64,000 nucleotides of DNA from assembly GCA_012295275.1 (NCBI GenBank), contig CM022665.1, positions 15,562,001-15,626,000 of the forward strand, written 5' to 3'. Shown here piece after piece: positions 1 to 13,300 of this stretch. Origin of the DNA: Chrysomallon squamiferum. Its lineage: Eukaryota > Animalia > Mollusca. Numbering within the stretch: the stretch's first letter is position 1; every line of letters begins with the position of its first letter. The notes under the pieces are model-generated. The model searched no databases, was not told where the DNA came from, and saw only the letters and a program-made list of their open reading frames with translations. The position numbers and the translations under genes are program-made.

Positions 1-659
1 AAATTAATGCTGTCTACATCAGTAATCATATCCATAAGTTGTTTCAAAATACATGTAATAATAACAGCTTGCTTGCTTTCTTTTAGTTTCAGTAATAACT
101 TTGTAAGATAAAGTGTACCTTTGTTAATATGCACACTTTAAAATAATTGTTTTATTTGTTTGTGGCAAAATATCTTTGCTACTAATAAAGTATTACATTA
201 GATTGAGGATACTGCAACTTTGCAGTGATTTGCTTTTGGTTATCAGGATTTTTCTATATATAAAATTTATCATGTAGGTTTATGGTCATTCTTAATTATT
301 AGCAAAGTTTTGTTTGTCATTAACAAATAAAACCTAAATTTTGAACTACACAAAATATATTTACTAGTAAGGTACACTTTAAAAATAATTGTCAAAGTTT
401 GACACCAAGGTTTTACTTTAAGTATAACAACAGCATTCTGATTCAAGTGAAAATGTTTTCTTGTAAGCTGTAGAAGGCAAATTTGGTGTTCCACAAAAAG
501 CATATATAATGATATGAAAAAATAACACTATCACAATATTTCAAATTAGACAGAATTTTATAAAATTTTGGTGTCACAACTAATGACTGTTACCTTTAGT
601 GTCAATTAAATTTACGATTTCAGTTTTTATTTATTATTTTTATTTATATATTTATTTAT

Positions 660-676
660 TTATTATTATTATTATG

Positions 677-719
<43 letters not shown>

Positions 720-735
720 TGTTATTATTATTATT
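660..735. repeat. (ATT)n microsatellite
   Basis: Direct reading; it explains the poly-Ile ORF 599-790. Confidence 0.9.
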
Positions 736-797
736 TTTTTTATTTTTTTGTTTTTTTTGTATTGTTATTCATCTCTTTGTAATCGCTTAATTTTCAG

Positions 798-844
798 CTG
801 GAGCAAGATATGCTAAGGTTCATGATGTACCATCATCATTATAA
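798..844 (+). CDS. Possible terminal coding exon of a gene that begins before the window
   Basis: A polypyrimidine tract and ttttcag acceptor precede a short non-repetitive frame (phase 1: GARYAKVHDVPSSL*). Several kb of AU-rich, UTR-like sequence with AATAAA sites follow. No homology recognised. Confidence 0.25.
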
Positions 845-3800
845 CTAAACAAAAAAACAAAAGACTTATCCTTCATTGTGCTTCTTTGAACATGTGACCT
901 CAATTGACCAATAGAAAAAGCTGTAACGAATGGCTGCTGTTTCTGTTGCCAAAACTTCTTATTACAGCAAGATTATATTGAACAAGCTTTAAAAGTGCAT
1001 GAACAGAACTACAAAAGCATTTCTTCAAACAAGAAGAAAAATACAAGAAAAAGGAAAAGTGATAAATAATTAAAAAAAAAAAAAAAATACTAAATAACCA
1101 GACCTTTGCAGTTTTTTTCAACTTCAGCTCAGCTCACATTTGATATATTATATTCCTAACAGTTAATACTCTTTTGAGTTTTATTTGCAAATCTTGTCTT
1201 GTGCCTTTGTAACAGCATCAGTTGTGGAGCTTTCTTAATGCATGTTTTTGTGGATTAATTTATTAATGTAAGAAGCAAGAAAAAAAACAAGACTATTTGT
1301 TTACAAGTGTTTGCTTCCATATGCGTGCATTTTGATTCCATGTTTCAATATTATTATCATTTATTTATTTTATTTTATTTTATTTCATTATTTTTATTAC
1401 ATTTTATTATGTTATATTATATTAAAATATAATATATTATATTAATATATTATATTCTATTATAATGTAATATATTTTATTTTGTTTTATATTTCAATTT
1501 GAATTACTTTTAATATTTTAAATTTTTTATTTATCTATTTTTGAATGCTGGCTTTGTTTTGCATGATAACAGAAGATTAAGGATTCCAATTAAACTAACA
1601 GTGCATGTTCTGCAAAATAAAATAATAAAACAGTTTGGAAATGTTTAGACATAGTTAAAAGGGATTAGCTGTTTATCAAATAGTAGAGATTCCAGTATGA
1701 TCTTTCTAATTTGGAATGAATTTTAGATAAATGAAAACATTTTTATTTTAGTTATTCTAAAATTACTGTTTTATTGAAGAAAACAAAACAACAGACATCT
1801 GAACAAAAAAAAAAAATAATAAATAACTTGTGGCTGCTGTCTTACAGAAAAGGAAGCAAAAAATAACTGTGTGTTACTAAAAACTGCTGACAAAATACAT
1901 TAATGCCTCATTAAAAAAGTATTTTAAAAAAAGAAAGAAAATAATGTAAGAAATATGTAAAAGAAAAGACTTTTCTGGAATGTAATGGAAAGAAAAGAAT
2001 TACTGTGCTTTATTTAATGAAATGAGTTGACTGTTATACATCAGAAACAAAAAGACATGTTTGGAACCAAAGCAGAATTCTGTATGAATTTCTATAGGAG
2101 AGTTCTTTCCCTTGATTTGTCAACTGGTGCATGTTTTTAAAACTCAAATGACAAAGGATGAAATATAAATATGAAATATTATTTTGATTACAAAAATTCA
2201 CTACAGCAGTTTATATTTAAAATGTTTTTTGTGAGTTTAAAATTATGTTTTCTTATTTAAATTTTGTTTTCATGTTTTCAAAATGTATCTGTATAATTAT
2301 TGTTATAAAATATATTAAAGACGATTGTATAAATAAATGATTTTTAAATTCTGAAATCATTAATACATTATTTTAGTTGTTCCTTATTTTATTTTATTTA
2401 TTATTTATTTATTAAATAAACAAAATAAATAAATAAATTGTTTTAAATATAGTTTCAAAACATCAGAAAGTCTATTGTTAGATAAAAATTAATAAATAGT
2501 TTTTAATTCCCATTTCTTATTCAAATTAGCATCAAATGTATTTTGTCACTAAATGAATTGAAATATTTTTTTAAAAGTTACTGTTAAAAACTTAAAGCAG
2601 TGTGCTACTTTATTAGGCATATGTACTTAAAAAAAAATGCTTTATTCATATTTCTTCAAGTGAATACTTCTTTTATTTTTAACTCTTATTTATATTTTTA
2701 TTTAATTATTTTTCATATTTATATTATTATTATTATTTATATATATATATATATATTTTTATTTTTTTTTTTCTTGAAAAAGAAAAACAACAAAAAAACT
2801 TACCTACAGTAAAATGGAAACAAAATGTAATTTATTTATAATTATATAAATTTCCATTAAAGGAAATGGGTTTGGTGGGGAAAATGGTGGGGGCAACATT
2901 ATATAAAGCAATAAGATACCACATTATGTATATTTTATATATATATTTGATTAATCAATGTTTTTGCTTCTTCTTTTTTTTCAAGAAAAGTAGTTTACTG
3001 GCAAAAATAGATTGCACAGATATTCAATTTTGTAACTGTGGACAGACTGTTCACAAAGTTGTGTAACTGCATATTGCGTGTATTATATTTATTGGTATAT
3101 TGTCAGTCTTGGCATTTAAACTGGTGATTAAAAATATTTTTGTTTTCACATCCAAATGCACCCTCATTGCATGTGATTCTGTCATCAAGGATGTGGTTTT
3201 GGTGGTTTGTTTTTTTAGATGTTGTGGAAGTAGTAGTAATTAAAGGAATTGTGTTCCAGATTTGATCAACGAGAGTTGGTAAGAAGCCATTTTGTTTTTG
3301 GCTTTATAATTTCTTTTGTTGCTAAACATTAAATTGTTTAAAAAAAATATATATATATACAAAATTCAAAATAAGCTATAAAATATTGAACAAAAGAACT
3401 ACAATTATAAAAATAATTTTACTATGATATTGCCATTAGAAGAAAAAATAATTTAATAATATATTAATTTTTTAAAATATGCATATTCTTAAATAACAAT
3501 CCAAAACAGTTACATATATTTTGGTGCATTTGATTATATTTACATTAAAGAATCAAAGATTTTTGTCTAAAATAGCTATTCTAGACAACAAAAATAAATA
3601 AATAAAAAATAAATACTTCATATGATCATTTCTGGAACATTCTCCATTTTTTGCAATGAATATTAAACCATTTTAAATAGTGTTACCAGAAATGTTTGAA
3701 TAAAGAAATATGTGACAAATATCAATATTAGAATCAAAAACGAAATTAAAAAAAAAAAAAAAAAAAGAAATTAAGGTGCAAAATCTTAGTAATGTTTACT

Positions 3801-3925
3801 AATAATACTACTGTTAATACATATGAAATATTTCTGTGTTCAATGGAAATATCTTTGGAACAGTAATAAAATCGAAGTACAAAATGCTGAAATATCTTTT
3901 TCTAATGTTGGCATTTAAATTCAGA

Positions 3926-3927
<2 letters not shown>

Positions 3928-3991
<64 letters not shown>
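3928..3991. repeat. (CA)n microsatellite, ~32 units
   Basis: Direct reading; it explains the poly-VC ORFs. Confidence 0.95.
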
Positions 3992-3995
<4 letters not shown>

Positions 3996-4838
3996 TGCAA
4001 TGCAGCCCATAGTATCAGATCTTGAAGGATTAAACAAGTTTGCTGGTTCCTAAACCAAGTAATACCATCTCCATTAGGAACTATGAGAGTGACTAGAACA
4101 CTGATACAAGGTAAGAGCATGTCCACAAGTGGGTGTCATGGTGGCACAGCAGACGCAGTTGGGTGGGTAGTGGGTGATAAAGCATCAACAAATGGTTTAA
4201 AAGGGTAGATCTAGTTGATTCCTTTACTGGATGAAAAGTGAAAGGATATTCATAATAACAGAAATGGTGTAATGAGATAACATGATTTCTTAATTGTAAC
4301 CTTTCTACGATAGTCAGCACAATTTTATCAACAGCACTTGCAGATAAATTTATTAAATTCTTTTACTGTGGAAAAAAGTTCATGAAAACCTTCTGTTCCT
4401 ATTTTTGATTCATATTTATCCATCCCAATCACAACATGGTAGAAGCTCTTTGACAAAATGCATTTTCAAACCTTAAGGAATGGTGAAGGATAACTCATGG
4501 CTGAAGGTTCTTAGTCTTAATATCTTTTTAACAAAGGATTTAAATTATACAGAGCATGTTTGTTTTGATTCTAAAAGATCTGGAAAGTATTAATGTCTTT
4601 TTAAGAAGTTTCAGATAAAGGACTGCATTTTGGTTGGAAATCCACAAAGTATCCAAATATTTTGGTATCCCATGTAAGAGAATAATGTTTTATTGTTGAT
4701 ATTATTATTGCTAATGAAATTCGGAATAATTAGGTATTGTTAAAGTCATTCTGGACATGCGCCAAGTTCTTATTACAAAATCCATTTGAAAGATAATTTA
4801 TCATATCTCAGTTGACCTTTTTAAAAGGTGCAGTGTTT

Positions 4839-4870
<32 letters not shown>

Positions 4871-6234
4871 TTTTTTATCAGGCAAGTCTCTTCATGATGG
4901 TATTTAGGATTATCCTTCCTTTATCCCTAATTCAGCACAACAAAAGGCTTGCCAGTGAAAACTACCTCTAAAACAACATAACAAAATTACTCATAGTTCC
5001 GTATTTGGTTATTCATTCATTTCTGCAGTTCCCTTCTTTAAAAATCCTTTACTTTTTAATCTGTTTTTACAAAATTATTATTATTGTTTATTTTTTTATT
5101 TTTTTGGTTTTTCATTTTCACATTTTTTTAATTTTTTTTTATTTATTAATGTAAATGATTATTGTTTTAATTTTTAATTTCTTTTTTTTATTATATATAT
5201 TTTTAAATATGTACATAATATGTACAGTTGTTATTGTGTCTGTCATATAAGTTGTCATGTGAGTACTGTTTTAATTTGTTATTAACTATTTATATACCAT
5301 GCACCATAATATCACCATGACAATGAGTGGCACAGGACCTTATTTTAGTCAGTTATGTCTTCAATAATATGTAAATTTGTATCCATAGTAACCAGCAAAT
5401 CTATTATACTCACAGTTGATGTCAGCAAAGTAATTTGGTCTCACTGTACCAAAACCATTTTAAACTTCAACTAAATTGTACAGGAATAATGTTTTTAAAA
5501 TAATTTTAATACATTTTTATTTTTAATATATATGAAGAAATATAAATTTTGGAAATATTTTTAAAATAAAGAAAAACAAGAATTTTAAAGTAATGACTAG
5601 TTATTCATAATTATATAAATGTGCAGACTAATTTCTTTGAAATCAAGGAGCAATTAATTCAAAGTAATCGCCCTTTACAAACACTCTTATGATAAAAGAA
5701 GAGAGGAAATGTAAAAGAAATTCAACAAATGGGCTATTATTTAAATATAAAACACCTAACAGTACAAATCAACTGTATCATATACAGTTCAGACTGAAGG
5801 TACTGTAATAACATTACAATCCACATTAAATTAATAATTTAAGATATAACATATTAAGAGACAAGTTTTAAAATAATCAAACTATATAAAAACATCATTG
5901 TCAGTTAATACTGATTATATAAAATTAGCTAACAAAATAAAATTTAAAAATTGATGCTGACATCAGCTTGGATGTGGCTAAGGTTTGTGATAATTTAATG
6001 TTACAACCTAGTTTATCTTGTACAATTCTTTTTGTGTACGTTAATGTAAACCAAATTTTAATAAAATACACATTAAACTATATGTGTGTTGTTCTTTTAT
6101 GTTCTCACATCTCTAAATTTTAAATATTTGATTTCATGTGGGTGGTCTGAATTCACAGTCAGTTCATCTACATTTTGTTTTAAAAACAAGTTAGTTCTCA
6201 TTCTCTGTGTGTGTGTGTGTGTATTCAACATGAA

Positions 6235-6605
6235 CAGGATAAAGTGGATATTTTAAGAGGCAGTAACCAGTTATTTCTATTATGCTGCAATCCTGTGTAA
6301 TGGGTTGGACAAAATTTAATAAGTTCTAAAATTATGGTAATTTGAGTATGTGACCGAAATATATGACATGTATACATATTCTGAAATATCTAAATATTGT
6401 CTTTGAATTTCATTTAAAAAATGCTATGAACATTTGTCCCAATCCATTAATACAAAAACTAAATTCAGTTAACTGTTTTAAAAGTAGATTCAAGCTTACT
6501 GATTTCATTAACATTATACATCAAATGAAAATATATCTTAAATAAAAAACTATTTTTTAAATTAATTTTCAAAATGGTCTTTTAAGATCTAATCCAGCAA
6601 TTAAA
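6235..6605. repeat. Second copy of the dispersed repeat found at ~25055-25313
   Basis: The two conserved blocks occur in the same order and orientation as in the other copy. Both copies have a (TG)n tract upstream. Confidence 0.65.
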
Positions 6606-7511
6606 CATTTTAAAAATGTGTGTGTGTGTGTGTGTGAATAAATAAGTAATTTATCAAATACAATTTAGTCCCAAAGTTATTTTTTGGTCAGTGAAAATAT
6701 AGAGCTTTATCTAGTCATAGTATCTTGCCATTATACACAGTGATTGCAGGATAAATAAATAGGTGTGCTTCCCAGTTTGCATAAGAAATGGGGTTATAAT
6801 TAATGTAGTTTATATACTTTTTTTTTTTTTTTTTTGTAAATATTATCTTGCTTTATATTATTTCCAAGATCAGTATACAAAATGGCCATAACTGTGGAAA
6901 AATGTTATTATAACGGAGAATCATAACATATATTTCTTATCTTTTAAATATGTAAAAACAAAAAAATAACACAGAGAGCATTATATAGTTTATTTTAGTT
7001 AAAAATTCATGGATAAATAAACATTCTCAAAACTTCTTAAACACTTTGTATTACTGGTTCTTAGTTCAAAACTTCACTGAAGCAAATATTTTAAGAAAGT
7101 CAAGTAATATTAGTATAAATATGTTATAATAAATATCTGCAAATTTTGTTTTTTGTTAAAAAATGAATAAAACTGTTATTTTTCATGATTTTTAAAATTA
7201 TATTAATTAAAATGAAATAAATAAATTTTTGTTTAATAAATAAGAAATAGATAAGTATTTAAATAAGATAAAATAAAATAAAATTTAATAAAATAAATAA
7301 ATTAATTAATTAATAAATATTAAATATTAAAAAAAAAAACAGTTAGTGAAATACTTGTCCATCCCATAAAAAAAGAATGGAGATTAAATATTATAAAAAT
7401 TTTTAAATACTTAAATAATAAATAAATAGCTTACAAAATAAATAATATGTAATAACTGGTCAGCAAAATATCACAGAAGTAGTATCATATAACTGAAAAT
7501 CACAGACAGAA

Positions 7512-10289
7512 TTATGCACTGTTAAACAACAGTTGTTTGTTAATGTGTATATCTGCTGACTGCTTTTGGGCCCCACCACTTGACACTGGTGTATTGTGGG
7601 ATTGTCTGGTTGACTGGAATCTTGATGGACCGGTTGACAGAGTCATTTCATAAGGATCTATACTCTCTGTTGTGACCTGCAGTCGATCCACTGAAACATG
7701 AACAAATATGTATATAAACACATCTATTTACCTATATTTCACACACACACACACACATGCATATATATGTATGTATGTATGTATGTATGTGTACATATAT
7801 CTATATCTATATCTATATATGTATCTATATCTATAAATGTTAATGTAAATTTCTGTTATGTGCAGCTTGATGCTGGTATCCAGACATAGATATTTTGAGC
7901 TGATGATTAAAAAATACAATTTAGATATTGTGCAGAATATTTTTTGTTGATTCTTTAAAACTGATGATTAAATGCTTTAATTATTATTATTCTTTTTTTT
8001 TAATTATTATATTGCCATAATTGGTATTTGTTTTTAGATGATGGACTTAGATCAATCCATTAATATATAGAAGTATTTAAGTTACTAAAAAAACAAACAT
8101 TTCAAAACAACATAAATCACATTACTACGTAGTTAATATATATTTTTAGAGAAAGAAACTTCTATTTCATGACTTTTATTATTTCACATTCAGTAATAAA
8201 TATGACATTTGTAACAGAAATGTTACTAAAATATAAATAACATACAAACTGGTTTCTCTGATGATGCACTTGTTGCAATATCTTTCCAGGTTCCCAAATA
8301 ACTAAAAAAATATATATATATTATTTTATAAAAATTTAAATAATTTTAAAATTTTTACATCAGTCATTTTTGTATTGCATATTTTTGAAAGGGACAGAGT
8401 AAATAACCAATTTCTCAACAAAGTGAAAAACTTCAAGTGTGTTTACATTTATTTTCATAACAAACTAAAATATTTTTGAAATTATCATAGATGTGTGAGT
8501 TAGTAGAATACTGACCCAAACATAGTCTTATTATTTGTAGAATTTTGTATAAGTATCTTAATTCAATCTTAAGGTCTATGTCTTTGTCCAACTAAATGAA
8601 CAGAAAGACAAATATTTCATTTTGAACGTTATACAGACGCACACAAATACACATACACAGATGCATACACATATATAAATATGCTCATACACACAAACAC
8701 TCACATTCTTTCAAAGGGATTAAAAATTATTAAATGGTTGAAATAGTTTATGTCTGATATTTTGGACACTATACCTAATAAAATAATTACATTTTAATCT
8801 ACCACTTTCACTACTTTAACATAACCAGTCCAGCTGGTAATTTATCAAACACTGTATCAGCTTCACTGTCCATGGGAAGGAGAATATAAAAACTTTCTTA
8901 CTACTAATCAGTAAGAGTAACCTCTAACATGGCAACAACAGACTGCTTCTCTCCTGTTATCATTATAAAAAAAAATGTACTAGCTCAAATGAAGAAATAA
9001 AAATATGCTTAGGTTTAAGTAAACAAATATTCATGAATTTAACTTGGCCATAAATCAAAATAAAATAAAAATTTAAGTTTGTGACTTACTCATCAAAGTT
9101 CAGACTTGTTGTCCAGTCTAATAGTTCATCCACCTCCCACTCCTCTAGAGCCTCAGGTCCTAAAGCCTCCACCGTGGCAACCATTCCAGCAGCAGCGCCC
9201 TCTATCAGCTTGACAGTTTCAGTGTCTGTGGACTTGGCTTTCAGAACTCCTTCGTTATACCTGGGTTAAAGATATATACCATTAAAATAATAATATACAC
9301 AAATATTTCTGCATACACAAAATACTGAAAATGTAACATTGCTTGTGAATAAAATATAGCAAAAATCATGAACATCTTGACAACAGTGTGAACTTGATTA
9401 CTTCTAACTAACTATGTTAATTTAATTATATCTAATTCATATCAGATATAGTGGTGAATAGTATGTTCTTGGTCTATGTACATAATAATACTCATGTTAC
9501 TTGGACTTTTTATGAGAACGTCTGGGTTTAATATACTTGAATCTGTAACTGAAAAGTGTTTTGTAAGTACTGTTTGTTTTTTGTTGTTGCTGTTGTTCTT
9601 GTTTTGTTGGGTTTTTGTTTAATTTATTATTCTGGACACAGATGCATAAACAGTTTCTTGTAAAATATAAAAATGAAAGCTTTTATATACTGATTAGACA
9701 TCAGTGAAATAACATTTAAATTTTAACACTCCGTTACATTGTATATATGTCATATAAACCAATATGTACACTAATAACACAGCTTTTATGTAATTGGTTC
9801 TATTTCCAAAAAAACAGCATTTGAATGTTAACAACTCATCAGTATATATATATATAAACTAATATCAGTACCAATAAAATTATACAGATCTTATATTTTA
9901 ATACTCCATCAATATGATTTATATAAATTATACTAATAATATTATACAAAATTTAATATTTTATGAAAAAAATACATAACACCAGTAACAAAACACTAGA
10001 ATTTTAAAAATAAAAAAAATAAACATTTAAAAAAATAAATAAAAACCTATGATGTTTATTTAACAAAAATCTTACATCTTTTTCATCCAGTTTATTTTCT
10101 TTTCTTTTCGTTTTCTTTCAATGTCCTGTTTTCTCTGCAACTGAAATGGAAAAGAACACCCATATTTACAATATAACTGATTAAAATTGAATAAACATTC
10201 TTATTAGTGTTATGGTCACACAAACAATAAAAGAAATAACGAGAAATCTTTTTTAAAAAGCCACCAAATGAAAATGGCAGACATTTGAT

Positions 10290-10354
<65 letters not shown>

Positions 10355-13300
10355 TAAAAATTAAAAAAATTAAAATAAAAATAAATAACAACAACAATTA
10401 TAACAGTAACAACAACTAACCTTGTTGTGATGAAATTCAAATTTTTTTCTTGACGTTTCCCAGGTGACAGAATCAGACATGATGTGACTTATTAGGCGAT
10501 CAGAAACCAGGCGCCAACCATTGTTCTCTATTCTTTTATACCAGCCATCTTTACCTGCAGGAAAATATTAAATAAACATAATGAATTAAAGTTTTATAAG
10601 ATAAGTTAACATTTAGCAGTTATAATATTACATGTCATGCATACATTTCTTTTACAACAATTATTTAATTATGAAAAACAACAACTGGCTGCTTCTTGGA
10701 AAATGAATTAGCAGCAACAAATATTTTATAAGTGTCTTCCCATAAAGTTGAAAATATTCTTTGCTATGTACCTTTGACAAATCAGCTGTAAAAAACGCTG
10801 TTACTTATAACAGATATTTGCAAACATCTAGATATATGCATTTTATTATATTTTATAGAATAATGCATTAGTGATTACATATCAACATACTGCAGTTAAA
10901 TGTTTATGGCATTAAACATTCTGGTTTCCTGACTTGTCATGTTCTGAGATATCTTTGAACTTGACAAGGTAGTTAACAAGGTGACAGTAACTGAAATCCA
11001 AAAGTCAAAGGTATTTACTGTTTGGGTCTGCTACTGTTAAAGATATAAAATAAAGTCACAGATATTTACAGTTTGGGTCTGCCACTTGTCTGTTCTTGTT
11101 GTGTGTGTCTTTGGCTGTTGTTTTTTTGGCTGCTGGAGCTGTGTAATCTTTGGGACTATTTGCACACATATCCACCACTGGCCGATGAGTGTAAATCTTG
11201 TAATAAATATTGGGAGGAAATCTTTGCTAAAAAAAAATGGAAATAAATTTAAAAAAAACAAAAAAAACAGAATGTAGACAAGAGACATCAAAAATGTTTT
11301 GATTTCATTTCAGTATTTTTATACCACCAAATGTCTAAACAATCAAATAAATAAATAAATAAATATATATATATTTGCTAAAAATATATTTAAAAAAAAA
11401 GTAGATGTTATTTTAACTTTCAAAAGAGAAAAAAAAAAAAAAACACCCAAAAACCTTTCACTTTCATTTTAAGATTTACTGTAACAAAAATGTCTGAACT
11501 AGACATTATAAAAATAATATATAGTTTAATTACACCTGACATAAATATAATAAAAACAATGTCACAAAGTTTCCTGTTGTATTATATAAATAACATTCGC
11601 TTTTTTCAAGAAGAATCTTAATTAAGCTATATCTCAACACCTTATGACATATTAAAAAAAATAACAATAATAAAAAAAAATAATAATAATAACAATTGGA
11701 TCAGTTAAAAAAGAATTCAACAAATATAAAAATATTAAGTAAGAAAAGGATTACCCCTGCTAATCGGAATCTGATGTGAATTCCTGCAGCTGAGTCAAGT
11801 AATTTTGCTTCATTTGGATTGATACACCGTAACATCAGCATGGGGTCTCCTCGACTCCTGAAGTTGATCAAATCTCGATAATATCGATATACTTGTGTAT
11901 CCTGAAAAGAGAAAGTTAACAACCTGTACCATAATTATTATGATAATAAAACCGAAGTTCTGTAAACATTTAATAAGAACTATATTTTGTACTTTCACCA
12001 TTTTCCCTCATTTTCAGTTATTTGATTTTACTTTTTTATAAATTATAATTTTGTTTTTCCTGTTATTCTTAAGATATTTTGAAATCTTTATTATATATTT
12101 ATATTAATTTGAAATATCTGCAAACAACTGCTTAATACTGTTCTGCAAATCTGAATGACATTAATAAAGACTATTTGGTATGAATATCAGTTGTTAATTG
12201 ATCCGAAATGAATTGATGTGTACTATTCAAATTTTTAGATAAATATTTAATTAAATTTGGACTGTATAAATGTTAATCATGATGTTAATGTGACAAAAAA
12301 AAAAGAAGAAAAAGGAAATGAAAGGCAAGCTGACACAGACAATAGAAACATACTCTGACATTCATACACACTTCTATATCCACTCACCACTCCCAATGAA
12401 TAGCTATAATAATTTAATTTCTCATCTATTCTGTGCATTAGGTTTAAAAATGGATTTTATAATGACTATAAGAGACTGAAAGAAAAACAAACAGAATCCT
12501 TTTGTTCAACAAACATTTATTTAATATATATTTCTTAATTTAAATTCTACCATTTCATTAATTTTTTTAAATGCACAATAATTTAAAATAAATAGAAGTG
12601 ATTAAAAAAAATTACTAGGTTTTTTTTCTTTTTTCTAAGAAACTAAAATGATTTTTTCTTCTTTTTTTTAATATTTCATTTTAAATTTCAGTGTATCACC
12701 ACTTTTAATGTGGTTTTAAACCCCATTATTTTAACACTGTATTAAAAACACATAATGTGTTTAACATATTTTTAAAAAAGTAAATATAATGATATAAACA
12801 TAATATGAATGCACCAAATTATTGCATATTACACTATTAAAAAGAAAGATTTTTGAAAAATTAATTAAAAAAAAATAAAATAATATATATTTCATTTACA
12901 ATTTAATTTCATATTCAAACATGAAATTTGAAGAGAAAAATTTAATATTGCACTTCTAATATAATTTTTTTTTAAATTATTTTTGAAGAGGTGAGAAAAC
13001 TTTAATTATTAGTTAGCATTGCACTTCTAATATAGCTTTTAAAAATTATTTTTAAAGAGGTGAGAAAACTTTAATTATTATTTAATATTGTACTTCTAAT
13101 ATGACTTTATGTTTCTTTCTTCTTTTCTTTTTTTGAATGTGGTGTTTTAACAAGTGAGAATACATATTTAATATTACACCTTTAATACTATTTAACATTA
13201 CCCTTCTTCTTTAACAGAGATTTCCTTTTTTTTTTTCAAAGCTAATGTCTGGAGAATTGAGAAGAAGAAGAAAAAAAAATATTATTGAACATTAATTGAT

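Noticed and set aside
3219-3278. 60-nt segment with good acceptor and donor (tttttag...|gtaaga)
   Set aside because: It has stop codons in all three frames. It may be a non-coding exon, but nothing here supports that.
599-4126. ORFs rich in poly-I, poly-F and VC repeats
   Set aside because: They are translations of (ATT)n, poly-T and (CA)n microsatellites.
3995-5040. Less AT-rich block that may be a decayed transposon
   Set aside because: No recognisable protein motif or termini.
9081-9269. Plus-strand Ser-rich ORF (likewise 11086, 14352, 35564, 37879, 39493, 40379 on +; 23789, 28354, 51501 on -)
   Set aside because: These are antisense shadows of real exons on the other strand.
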